Positions 17,890 through 25,503 of a stretch of DNA of 32,000 bases are shown piece by piece. Position 1 is the stretch's first letter; every line of letters begins with the position of its first letter. A model generated the notes under the pieces. That model was given only the letters and a program-made list of their open reading frames with translations, ran no database searches and was not told where the DNA came from. The position numbers and the translations under genes were made by a program. Source of the DNA: Planctopirus limnophila DSM 3776 (GTDB lineage Bacteria > Planctomycetota > Planctomycetia > Planctomycetales > Planctomycetaceae); assembly GCF_000092105.1 (NCBI RefSeq), contig NC_014148.1, positions 570,001 through 602,000 on the forward strand, in the 5' to 3' direction.

Positions 17890-17911
17890 CTATCGATTGT
17901 GATCACAGCCA

Positions 17912-19618
17912 TCAGTTGATCAAGTCGAGAAGAGTTTGTCGCTCCTGTGGAACAACTCTCTGCCAATCAGGATGAACAGGGAAGCCTGTCCATTGCAAGG
18001 CATTGGCTCGTTGCACATAAGCCGCACCGTAGAGCAGATTCAGAGCGACAGTACTCACTTTTCTGGCGGCAGGTTCGGCGAGGAACGTACCCTTGGTCCA
18101 TTCATTGAAAGCTCCCATCGAAGGGCCGCACCAGATCTGGTAGTCGAGTCGACGTTCTGGCAAACCTTGATTGGCCCAGCGTGAGGACTGGCCCAGATAC
18201 CATCGGAAAATCAACGCCATTTTATGTTTCGGCTCTTTTTCCGCACGTTCCAGCTGACGAGGATCCCGCTTGGTGAAGAATTCGACGGTCTGTTGCCAAA
18301 CGTGGTCGAGTGTGGTCTGGAACATCGTCTTTTCGATCTGCTGACGTTCAGCGACAGGGATGTCATCAACCGATGCATAGGTGCGATAGAGTTCGTGCAG
18401 CTTGGCGGCTCGCATGGCGAACATGGTGCCTCGTCGCAAGACCTGCAGTTTAACTCCCATCTCGAACATGTCAGCCGCCGGTGCCATAATGCAGTCAGCC
18501 TGCTGAGCTTCGGCTAACAGTTTTCGCACGACATCACTGGTACCTGATTCCACACACGCCTGATGAACGGAGCCTACCATCACATAGGCGGCACCCATCA
18601 GATAGGCTGCGGCTGTCGATTGGGGTGTGGCAATCCCTCCCGCTGCACCGACTCGCACTGGTTCGGCAAACTTGAATTCATCCTGAAGTCGATCGCGCAG
18701 GGCAATCAACGAAGGCAGCAGCGACACCAGCGGGCGGTTATCCGTATGGCCACCCGAATCAGCTTCAGCAGTCACATCCTGAGCGACAGGAATGTAAGCC
18801 GCAAGACGTCCCTGTTCTTCAGTCAGCACTCCCGTAGAGACCATGTGGGCAACCAGTTTGGGAGGTGCCGGGGACATGAATTTCGTAGCGACTTCGACGC
18901 GAGAAACTTTGGCAACGACACGGTTGGGGACCACGATTTCGTGTCCACGCTGATGCACACCAGAGAGCCGATATCGAATGATATTGGGTGTCAGATCCAG
19001 GAATGCAGAAGCCTCGACCAGCCGGACATTTCGCCGAAGATACAGATCTGTCACAGCCGCTTCGAGCCGAGGTTCACTGGGGCTGTGAATCAGGTTGGCG
19101 CCCCATGGCTTCCCGGCACAGTTTTGCTCCAGCCTGGTCAGGGCCTGTTCAACACGTTCGGGCGAAAGTCCGGCTGCTCCAAAAATCCCCAGCATGCCCG
19201 ACTGAGCCATCTCTTCGACAATGGATTCGGAACCAATCCCTGCCGCCATGGCACCGGACATGTAGGCATATTTGACGCCGTGATATTGCCTGAAGGCGGC
19301 CGAGCCCAGTTGGTGAGGGTGGAGTGCGGGAATGATACCCAGTAAATGTCCTTTCGCAGAACCATGCCAGGGCTCAATGCAATAGTCATGGGGTGCTGAT
19401 TCTGGTTCAAGAGCAGTCACCGACAATGGCCAGTTGAGTCGTCCCAACAGTTGGGCCACGGCTTGAGGTTCTCGAGGAGAGGCCCAGGTTGCAGAATGAT
19501 TCCCTGCCGAGGGTCGTGGGCCAGCCGATGTTGTCGTCATGCTTCTCGTATCCACCGAACTCTGGGAAGTTTCAGAGTATCGCTCGATTGCCAATCCCAT
19601 GTCAGCCGTGACGAACAT
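17912..19618 (-). CDS. PfaD-family trans-acting enoyl reductase (FMN-dependent, nitronate monooxygenase-like TIM barrel)
   Basis: GSAAFRQYHGVKYAYMSGAMAAGIGSESIVEEMAQSGMLGIFGAAGL...WGANLIHSPSEPRLEAAVTDLYLRRNVRLVEASAF...ADSGGHTDNRP...GAAGGI match the PfaD-type ER pattern. Alternative starts are at 19600 and 19540. Confidence 0.88.
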   Translation of the reverse strand: MFVTADMGLAIERYSETSQSSVDTRSMTTTSAGPRPSAGNHSATWASPREPQAVAQLLGRLNWPLSVTALEPESAPHDYCIEPWHGSAKGHLLGIIPALHPHQLGSAAFRQYHGVKYAYMSGAMAAGIGSESIVEEMAQSGMLGIFGAAGLSPERVEQALTRLEQNCAGKPWGANLIHSPSEPRLEAAVTDLYLRRNVRLVEASAFLDLTPNIIRYRLSGVHQRGHEIVVPNRVVAKVSRVEVATKFMSPAPPKLVAHMVSTGVLTEEQGRLAAYIPVAQDVTAEADSGGHTDNRPLVSLLPSLIALRDRLQDEFKFAEPVRVGAAGGIATPQSTAAAYLMGAAYVMVGSVHQACVESGTSDVVRKLLAEAQQADCIMAPAADMFEMGVKLQVLRRGTMFAMRAAKLHELYRTYASVDDIPVAERQQIEKTMFQTTLDHVWQQTVEFFTKRDPRQLERAEKEPKHKMALIFRWYLGQSSRWANQGLPERRLDYQIWCGPSMGAFNEWTKGTFLAEPAARKVSTVALNLLYGAAYVQRANALQWTGFPVHPDWQRVVPQERQTLLDLIN

Positions 19619-20075
19619 CTGGCGGCGTCATGTCTGCCAGTAAGTTTTTGCAGAAGTCAAACACCAGGGAGAGTGATTTTCACTCAGTCATTGAACCGGT
19701 GACGTCTCAGGACTCTTTGATCAGAGCGTTCCTGTCAGGTAATTGGCGTTGACTTTGCGGACGCTATTATACGACTTGAGTGGGACAACGCACCTCTCAG
19801 AATCCTCTGTGAGTAGCCTCTTTCTGGAATTCATCTGTCGATCAACTCCGGTTGTAGGAACCAGCCGGGATTTTGTTAAGCTGGGCGAAGATTTCCCGAT
19901 TTGCAATCGCTCGCGGGCGAGTCTTCACTCGTCGTGACTGTCACAATCTGGCATCATCGTGACGAACGCGACCGTTACTGTGTCAGGGGGTATGCGATTC
20001 TGTGGGATTGTGAATGATCCCGAATGCTGATGAGCATCGATAAGGACAGATTTTGAACGCTGATGGTGCCATCTG

Positions 20076-20531
20076 ATGACGTGGCGAACGTTCTGGGCGA
20101 ATGCTTTCGCCATACCTCGAAAGCCTCCGTTATCTGCGGAAGATCGGGCGCTTTCGGCCTGGGTGGCTCAGGAACTGAAGCGGAGAAACCTCGATGTTCC
20201 GGCTATTCTGGTGGTTGAATCGTGCCAACCACTCGCGGGAATTGCCGCCCAGCTCATGATCTTCCTGGAGCCGAGCCTGTCTCTGTTCATGCGGCCAGTT
20301 GACATTGGCAGGTTTCGGGAATTCATCGAGAAAGAAGGGGCGCTGGATGATCTGGTCGGGCGACTGCAAGGCCAGCCCGCAGTCGAGGTTGGCGATTCAA
20401 AATCAAAAGATCAGACAGAAGCCAATTCGGAACCTTCTCGACTGCCGGAGACTTCCAGCATCTCAGATTCCATCAACTCTTCGGGTGACTCGCCATCGGC
20501 CGTTTCTGACGCAACCACCGAGAGGCCATAA
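20076..20531 (+). CDS. Hypothetical protein (151 aa) on the opposite strand inside the PKS locus
   Basis: ATG ORF with gene-like codon usage. It has a structured N-terminal two thirds (PAILVVESCQPLAGIAAQLMIFLEPSLSLFM..FREFIEKEGALDDLVGRL) and a Ser-rich low-complexity tail. I recognised no family. Confidence 0.45.
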   Translation: MTWRTFWANAFAIPRKPPLSAEDRALSAWVAQELKRRNLDVPAILVVESCQPLAGIAAQLMIFLEPSLSLFMRPVDIGRFREFIEKEGALDDLVGRLQGQPAVEVGDSKSKDQTEANSEPSRLPETSSISDSINSSGDSPSAVSDATTERP

Positions 20532-20824
20532 CCCAGGGCCTGACGACCTTCGGGAGTCAGTTGATAGCGCAGACCATGCTGTGCTTCTGCAAGTTCAAAT
20601 CGAATGAGCCCCCAGGCGATCAACTTCCCATGCCCGGCAGAAAGAGCAGCAGGCTCCATGCATTCAAGGCTGGAAATGCGCGGGATCCAGGTCTCTGTCA
20701 GCCCGTTCGCAAGTTTCTGGGGCTGATAAGCCTCAAGAAGGCTTCGTAACTCTGGCTGTTGGCCGATGAGTCGGGAAGGCATGCCCAAAAGATCCACAAG
20801 TTCAAAAGATTCGTGGGGTTTCAT
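20411..20824 (-). CDS. Hypothetical protein (137 aa), possibly with a winged-helix-like C-terminal segment
   Basis: ORF on the same strand as the PKS genes. GKLIAWGLIRFELAEAQHGLRYQLTPEGRQALG resembles the recognition-helix/wing end of wHTH regulators, followed by an acidic tail. It overlaps the convergent ORF 20076..20531 by 121 bp. Confidence 0.45.
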   Translation of the reverse strand: MKPHESFELVDLLGMPSRLIGQQPELRSLLEAYQPQKLANGLTETWIPRISSLECMEPAALSAGHGKLIAWGLIRFELAEAQHGLRYQLTPEGRQALGYGLSVVASETADGESPEELMESEMLEVSGSREGSELASV

Positions 20825-20863
20825 GCCGTTCGTATCGACCTGAATCTGTCGATGGAAACGGTT

Positions 20864-20897
20864 TGCCTCATGACCGCGATTTAACAGTCATGAGGCA
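20864..20897. promoter_or_regulatory. 11-bp perfect inverted repeat (TGCCTCATGAC-N12-GTCATGAGGCA); either an RNA hairpin or an operator
   Basis: The arms are 20864..20874 and 20887..20897. It sits about 90 nt downstream of the type III PKS stop (20987) and 40 nt upstream of the ATG at 20824. There is no U-tract after it on the minus strand. Confidence 0.45.
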
Positions 20898-20986
20898 TGC
20901 AACCGATATATTCGGATTCACCCGAGCGCGACTGATCCTAACGGCACGAATGCCGATGGGTTGGATGGGGCAGGAATCACCTGAGA

Positions 20987-22108
20987 TCAGATGTTTTCAG
21001 CTTTCAGAAGCATGGCTTCAATCGCAAGTCCTGGTCCAAAACCGAGGGCGACAACAGGGCCATTGATTCTTTCTTCACGCATTCTGTCGAGTACGAACAG
21101 AATCGTTGAAGAGGACATGTTGCCGTGCTTTTCGAGCACTTCACGGGCCGGGGCCACATGGCTGTTGGAAAGTGAAAGTGCGGCCAGGCAGGAATCGAGA
21201 ATACGCGGACCACCCGGGTGAATGGCCCAACCAGCGATATCCTTGATGGTGAGTCCTTCGCGAGCAAGGAAAGGAGTCAGCCAGCTGACGAGGTTTTCCT
21301 CAATCAGTGCAGGAACTTTTTGCGAGAGAGTCATTTCGAAGCCATGATTTCCAATCCGCCAGCTCATCGCGAACTTGGTGTTGGGCACCAGGAACGAGCC
21401 ACTGCGGATCAGTTGATAGGCTGGCTTTCGATCCTCAATCTTCGAAGATCGGCAAATGACGGCTCCAGAACCATCTGCAAAGAGTGCATTGGCAATCACT
21501 TTGTCGGTTGTCCAGCCGTAATGGTGGTGCAGGCTGCAGAGTTCGACAGAGCACATCAGAACGACGGCATCGGGATCAGAAGCAGTGTATCCATGAGCGA
21601 CACGCAGACCGTTAAATGAGCCGTGGCAACCCATGAAGCCGACATGAGTTCGTGAGGTGTTGCGGTTGAGGCCCAGTTCTTCAATCAGGCCCATGTCCAC
21701 GCCGGGAGAATTAAATCCACTGCAGGAAACCGTCACTATGTGCGTGATCTCTCTGGCGTCCTGGCCTGCATCCCGGAGTGCAGCGACAGATGATTTGATG
21801 GCCAGTGGTAAGGCATGCTGCTCGTATTGCCTCATGCGTTCCTGCGTGGAGGGCCCGTAATCTTCTTCGTTCTCGCGTTCGTAAAAGAAGAATTCATCTC
21901 GATCGTCGGCTCGAATGAAATCTTCTGGTTCCGCACCGACTAGAACAGAGCCGCGATGTTTGACGCCTGATCCCTGATAGATCATTTCCATGACCCGGCG
22001 ATGTTCATCGGAGTCGCAACAGGTGTTGCTCATGGCAGAGTAAGCATCCATTTGCGGGATTCGTGATGCGGGAGCAGCAGTCCCGATTCCAGAAATGAGC
22101 ATTGCCAT
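20987..22108 (-). CDS. Type III polyketide synthase (chalcone/stilbene synthase superfamily)
   Basis: MAMLISGIGTAAP start. Catalytic Cys in HIVTVSCSGFNSPG (codon 21724..21722), His in WAIHPGGPRIL, Asn in HGNMSSSTILF, and the C-terminal GFGPGL motif. The track ORF begins 9 codons earlier (22135); starts at 22108 or 22102 fit the family N-terminus better. Confidence 0.9.
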   Translation of the reverse strand: MAMLISGIGTAAPASRIPQMDAYSAMSNTCCDSDEHRRVMEMIYQGSGVKHRGSVLVGAEPEDFIRADDRDEFFFYERENEEDYGPSTQERMRQYEQHALPLAIKSSVAALRDAGQDAREITHIVTVSCSGFNSPGVDMGLIEELGLNRNTSRTHVGFMGCHGSFNGLRVAHGYTASDPDAVVLMCSVELCSLHHHYGWTTDKVIANALFADGSGAVICRSSKIEDRKPAYQLIRSGSFLVPNTKFAMSWRIGNHGFEMTLSQKVPALIEENLVSWLTPFLAREGLTIKDIAGWAIHPGGPRILDSCLAALSLSNSHVAPAREVLEKHGNMSSSTILFVLDRMREERINGPVVALGFGPGLAIEAMLLKAENI

Positions 22109-22593
22109 AATCACTAACTCCGAAAAAAAGCACATGAGAAACGAAAACTTCGAGATTGTCTGGTGGACGCAACCAGCTCAGGAGAGAGACTGATATTTGC
22201 CAGCCGGGCAAGGTGAAGACTGAGTCAATACGACTTTTGAAAACCAGCCCCAGTGTAATCGCGATTTTCTTCGCAATCACTGTAAACATTCCAGATTCTC
22301 TCATTTGCCAGAAAATCTGATCTTTATCAACTATCGACTTGCCAAGTGTGAAGACCCGCAGAATTCGCGAGTCAAAACCACATCAACTGGCATGAAGGCT
22401 GCCTACATGGCACAACCGGCGTAATGCGAAGCACCAGCAAAGAGATAGATCCCTGTCGAACAGAGGTCAACGCAATCACAGAAGGTACTTAGGGGTCGTA
22501 AGTGCATGTTCTTGAGTTTGAAGGTTTGGAACATGCATTTCCTGCGAGGGTTACGTTGAAACAAAATCTTCGCAGAAATTTTAAAACAAGTGT

Positions 22594-22621
22594 TTGACAT
22601 GTCGGGTCGATAGCCTAGAAT
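22594..22621 (+). promoter_or_regulatory. Sigma70-like promoter candidate for the TetR/exporter operon
   Basis: TTGACA (22594..22599), a 16-nt spacer, then TAGAAT (22616..22621). An A/T-rich tract (aaattttaaaac) lies upstream. The promoter ends 37 nt upstream of the TetR ATG. Confidence 0.4.
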
Positions 22622-22625
22622 GAAT

Positions 22626-22635
22626 CAAACGTTTG
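22626..22635. promoter_or_regulatory. Perfect 10-bp palindrome CAAACGTTTG just downstream of the -10 element (candidate operator)
   Basis: Read directly from the sequence. Its position overlaps the predicted transcription start region of the TetR gene. Confidence 0.3.
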
Positions 22636-22657
22636 TTTAGTTTTGTTGGAAAAAGTA

Positions 22658-23317
22658 ATGCCCCCCTCTTCGGATGATACCCGGACCCGGCTGGTGGAAG
22701 CGGCTGGTCTCATGTTTGCAGACAAAGGATTTGATGCTGCGGGTGTCCGGGAGATCTGTCACGAAGCCAAGGCCAATGTGGCGGCCATCAAGTACTACTT
22801 TGGGGATAAACGCAGTCTTTACAAAGCTGTTCTCGAACATGTGCATGTCTGCAAGGAAAATCTTGGGCAGGTCATGGCGAGTGAGGAGTGGCAGGCCCAG
22901 ACACCATTGCAACAGCTGAAGTCTTTCATTCTCGAAATGGTCAAGGAGCATCTGGCAAGCCAGAAGCCGGCCTGGCACCTCGAAATCATGCTCTGGGAAA
23001 TGACCAGGCCCACTCCTGAGGGCAAAGAAGTAATTGAGCTGCAACTCCGCCCGATGGCCACGCATCTTAAAAAAATTCTCATGCAGATTGTGGGAGATGA
23101 TATCCCTGAAGAAACCATCTGGAAGTGCGGCTTCAGTATCGTGGGGCAGGTACTTTTTTACTACGTTCATCAGGCGATCGCCCGGCAATTGGCGGGGGAC
23201 ACTATTTATAATCAGCTCACAGTGGAGCAGATTGCCAGTCATATCTATAGATTCTCAGTCGCGGGATTAGCAACGGTTGCCAACCGACCAGAACTGGTTA
23301 CCCAAATTGATTCATAA
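22658..23317 (+). CDS. TetR/AcrR-family transcriptional regulator
   Basis: The N-terminal HTH is TRTRLVEAAGLMFADKGFDAAGVREICHEAKANVAAIKYYFGDKRSLY. The track ORF starts at TTG 22643; the ATG at 22658 (MPPSSDD) is the more likely start. Confidence 0.85.
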   Translation: MPPSSDDTRTRLVEAAGLMFADKGFDAAGVREICHEAKANVAAIKYYFGDKRSLYKAVLEHVHVCKENLGQVMASEEWQAQTPLQQLKSFILEMVKEHLASQKPAWHLEIMLWEMTRPTPEGKEVIELQLRPMATHLKKILMQIVGDDIPEETIWKCGFSIVGQVLFYYVHQAIARQLAGDTIYNQLTVEQIASHIYRFSVAGLATVANRPELVTQIDS

Positions 23318-23385
23318 AGTTCAGCTTTGAAAATCGGATTGATTCTATAAGCAGTATTCTACACACAATTCATGGAGCACCAGTT

Positions 23386-24546
23386 ATGAACTGGGTGGCT
23401 TGGAAAATGCTCAATGGCGATCCCGTGAAATACCTCGGGACCGTCTTTGGTGTGGGCTTCGGAGTTCTCCTGATTGCCCAGCAATGCTCGATCTTTGTGG
23501 GCATTATTCTCCGCACGGCAAATCCAATTGCTGATGTTCGAGAAGCTCAGATCTGGGTCATGGATCCATATCTGCAGAATGCCGACGAAATTAAGCCCCT
23601 TTCTGATAGCGATCTCTATCGGATCCGTGGCGTGGAAGGAGTGGATTGGGCGGTCAAAATCTATAAAGGACTGGCTCGAGCTAAAATCGAAACGGGAAAC
23701 TTTCGCCAGGTGATTCTGATGGGAGTTGATGATCAGTCGTTGATCGGTGCTCCTGTCAAAATGATTGAAGGAGATATTCGCGATCTCAAGCGGCCGGATG
23801 CCATCGTGATGGATCAGTATGGATACAAGTATCTATGGCCGAACGAGCCTTTTCAGGTCGGTCGTGAAGTCGAAATGAATGATCGCCGGGCAGTGATTGT
23901 CGGGATTTGCGATGTTTCCGCACCATTTCAATCATTCCCGGTTGTATTCACGCGATATTCACAGGCTGTTCAGTTTGTGGCCAGCGAACGCCAGCAGTTG
24001 TCATTTGTCGTGGCGGCTCCCCGTCAAGGATATCAGGTTGATGAAGTGTGTCGCCTGATAAATGAGCAAACTCGCTCAATTGGCGAGAAGTCCGGATTGA
24101 TTGCCATGCCGTATCGTGAGTTTGTCTGGATCAATATCAAATACTATCTGGAGAATACGGGGATCCCGGTGAATTTCGGGATCACGATCACCTTGGGTTT
24201 TATTGTCGGAACGGCGATTGCAGGACAGACATTCTACTTATTTACAATTGAGAATCTGAAACAGTTTGGAGCGCTCAAAGCGATGGGAGTCACAAACTGG
24301 GGGATCGTGGGCATGATTTGCCTGCAGGCTTCTGTCGTGGGGGTGATTGGTCTTTCGATTGGTTTAGGATTGACGGCTCTTTTCTTTGTCGCGACGACCA
24401 GGCTTTTACCCGATTTGCGCGGTTTGCATCTGATGTGGGAAATTGCCGGGGGAACGTGCCTGGCTGTCACGTTAATTATTTGCCTGGCAAGCGCATTAAG
24501 TCTGCGAAAGGTGTTAACGCTCGAACCGGCCGTGGTTTTCCGATAA
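23386..24546 (+). CDS. ABC transporter permease, FtsX/MacB-type (DevC-like size and architecture)
   Basis: 386 aa. An N-terminal TM (LGTVFGVGFGVLLIAQQCSIFVGI) is followed by a periplasmic domain of about 200 aa. The C-terminal FtsX-type TM bundle carries the FGALKAMGVTNWGIVGMI motif. GGAG lies 9 nt upstream of the ATG. Confidence 0.85.
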   Translation: MNWVAWKMLNGDPVKYLGTVFGVGFGVLLIAQQCSIFVGIILRTANPIADVREAQIWVMDPYLQNADEIKPLSDSDLYRIRGVEGVDWAVKIYKGLARAKIETGNFRQVILMGVDDQSLIGAPVKMIEGDIRDLKRPDAIVMDQYGYKYLWPNEPFQVGREVEMNDRRAVIVGICDVSAPFQSFPVVFTRYSQAVQFVASERQQLSFVVAAPRQGYQVDEVCRLINEQTRSIGEKSGLIAMPYREFVWINIKYYLENTGIPVNFGITITLGFIVGTAIAGQTFYLFTIENLKQFGALKAMGVTNWGIVGMICLQASVVGVIGLSIGLGLTALFFVATTRLLPDLRGLHLMWEIAGGTCLAVTLIICLASALSLRKVLTLEPAVVFR

Positions 24547-24708
24547 CAAGTCATCGCACTGTTTGTGAGATAGTAAGTGATACATGGAATCTGAGTCTGC
24601 TACGCGATTTTTGTTTACCGGTTTCTACTTTGCTAAGTGATAGTGATGAGTCTGTGGGATGCTGGTAAGTAACAGGTTGTTTCCTGCGTGTCTGTGTGAG
24701 GGGTATCG

Positions 24709-25503
24709 ATGAATACATTGCTCATGCCGGAGTCCTCGATTAACACGCAGTCCCCACTGAAGGTGGGTGTGGCTTGTGTGAAGCTTGTGAAAGAGTTTGG
24801 TGACGGCGCGAATCGCAATCGCGTGCTTCACGAATTGGATATTGATTTTTACTCGAACCAGTTGACCCTGCTGGTGGGCCCCAGTGGTTGTGGCAAGACA
24901 ACACTGATTTCGATTATTGCCGGCCTGTTGTTTCCCACCAGTGGTGATGTCGAACTGTTTGGAACGCCTCAATCGCGCTTGAAGGGCGGAAAGCTGGTTC
25001 GTTTTCGGGCTCAGAACGTGGGTTTTGTGTTTCAGCAATACAATCTGCTGCCGGCTCTCACTGCGACTGAGAATGTCTGTGTACCGCTGCTGATTCAGGG
25101 GGTTCCCAGGCCCCGGGCATTGATCAAAGCGAAAGAAATGCTCGATCGCGTCGGTCTTTCTCCCCGGGCGGGGGCATATCCACGAGAGCTTTCAGGCGGT
25201 CAACAGCAGAGAGTCGCCATTGCTCGGGCACTCGTGCATGAACCGCGACTACTCGTTTGTGATGAACCGACGGCTGCACTGGATGGAAATTCGGGTCGGA
25301 CTGTGATGCAACTGATCCGGGAAGTGTCCGTTCAGCCGGGGCGTGTGGTGATTGTCGTCACGCATGACTCGCGGGTCTATTCCTATGGTGATCGCATGAT
25401 TGAAATGAGCGATGGTCGAGTGACGAATATCAGTAATTCTCCGTCATCGTCGATGACCGATTCTCAAGTGATCAGTCAGTTCAAGACAAAGGAAACTCAC
25501 TGA
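24709..25503 (+). CDS. ABC transporter ATP-binding protein (MacB/LolD/DevA-type)
   Basis: Walker A GPSGCGKTT, signature LSGGQQQRVAIARAL, Walker B LLVCDEPTAALD, and H-loop VTHD. Confidence 0.92.
   Translation: MNTLLMPESSINTQSPLKVGVACVKLVKEFGDGANRNRVLHELDIDFYSNQLTLLVGPSGCGKTTLISIIAGLLFPTSGDVELFGTPQSRLKGGKLVRFRAQNVGFVFQQYNLLPALTATENVCVPLLIQGVPRPRALIKAKEMLDRVGLSPRAGAYPRELSGGQQQRVAIARALVHEPRLLVCDEPTAALDGNSGRTVMQLIREVSVQPGRVVIVVTHDSRVYSYGDRMIEMSDGRVTNISNSPSSSMTDSQVISQFKTKETH

Noticed and set aside
10612-19410. Numerous ORFs of 60-260 aa on both strands within the megasynthase and ER genes (e.g. 16270..16995, 16871..17464, 18563..19345)
   Set aside because: They lie wholly inside long genes with continuous, motif-rich frames, and their products are Arg/Ser/Pro-rich nonsense.
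10597-19618. Reading the PfaA/PfaD-like pair as an EPA/DHA-type PUFA synthase
   Set aside because: The window contains both flanks of the pair. Neither flank has a PfaB (AT), a PfaC (KS-CLF plus tandem FabA-type DH) or any FabA-like isomerising DH. KS-AT-ACP-KR-DH plus ER is a saturating cycle. This does not exclude distant partner genes.
19750-19775. Possible promoter TTGACT...TATTAT on the plus strand upstream of ORF 20076..20531
   Set aside because: The spacer between the hexamers is only about 10 nt, and the site is about 300 bp from the ORF. That is not convincing.
22005-22600. ORFs 22005..22304 and 22403..22600 in the PKS/TetR intergenic region
   Set aside because: They are short, with no motifs. 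They overlap the type III PKS 5' end or the AT-rich promoter region, so they are more likely non-coding regulatory DNA.
22637-23242. Minus-strand ORF of 201 aa
   Set aside because: It is antisense to the TetR gene, whose plus-strand frame has a clear HTH signature.
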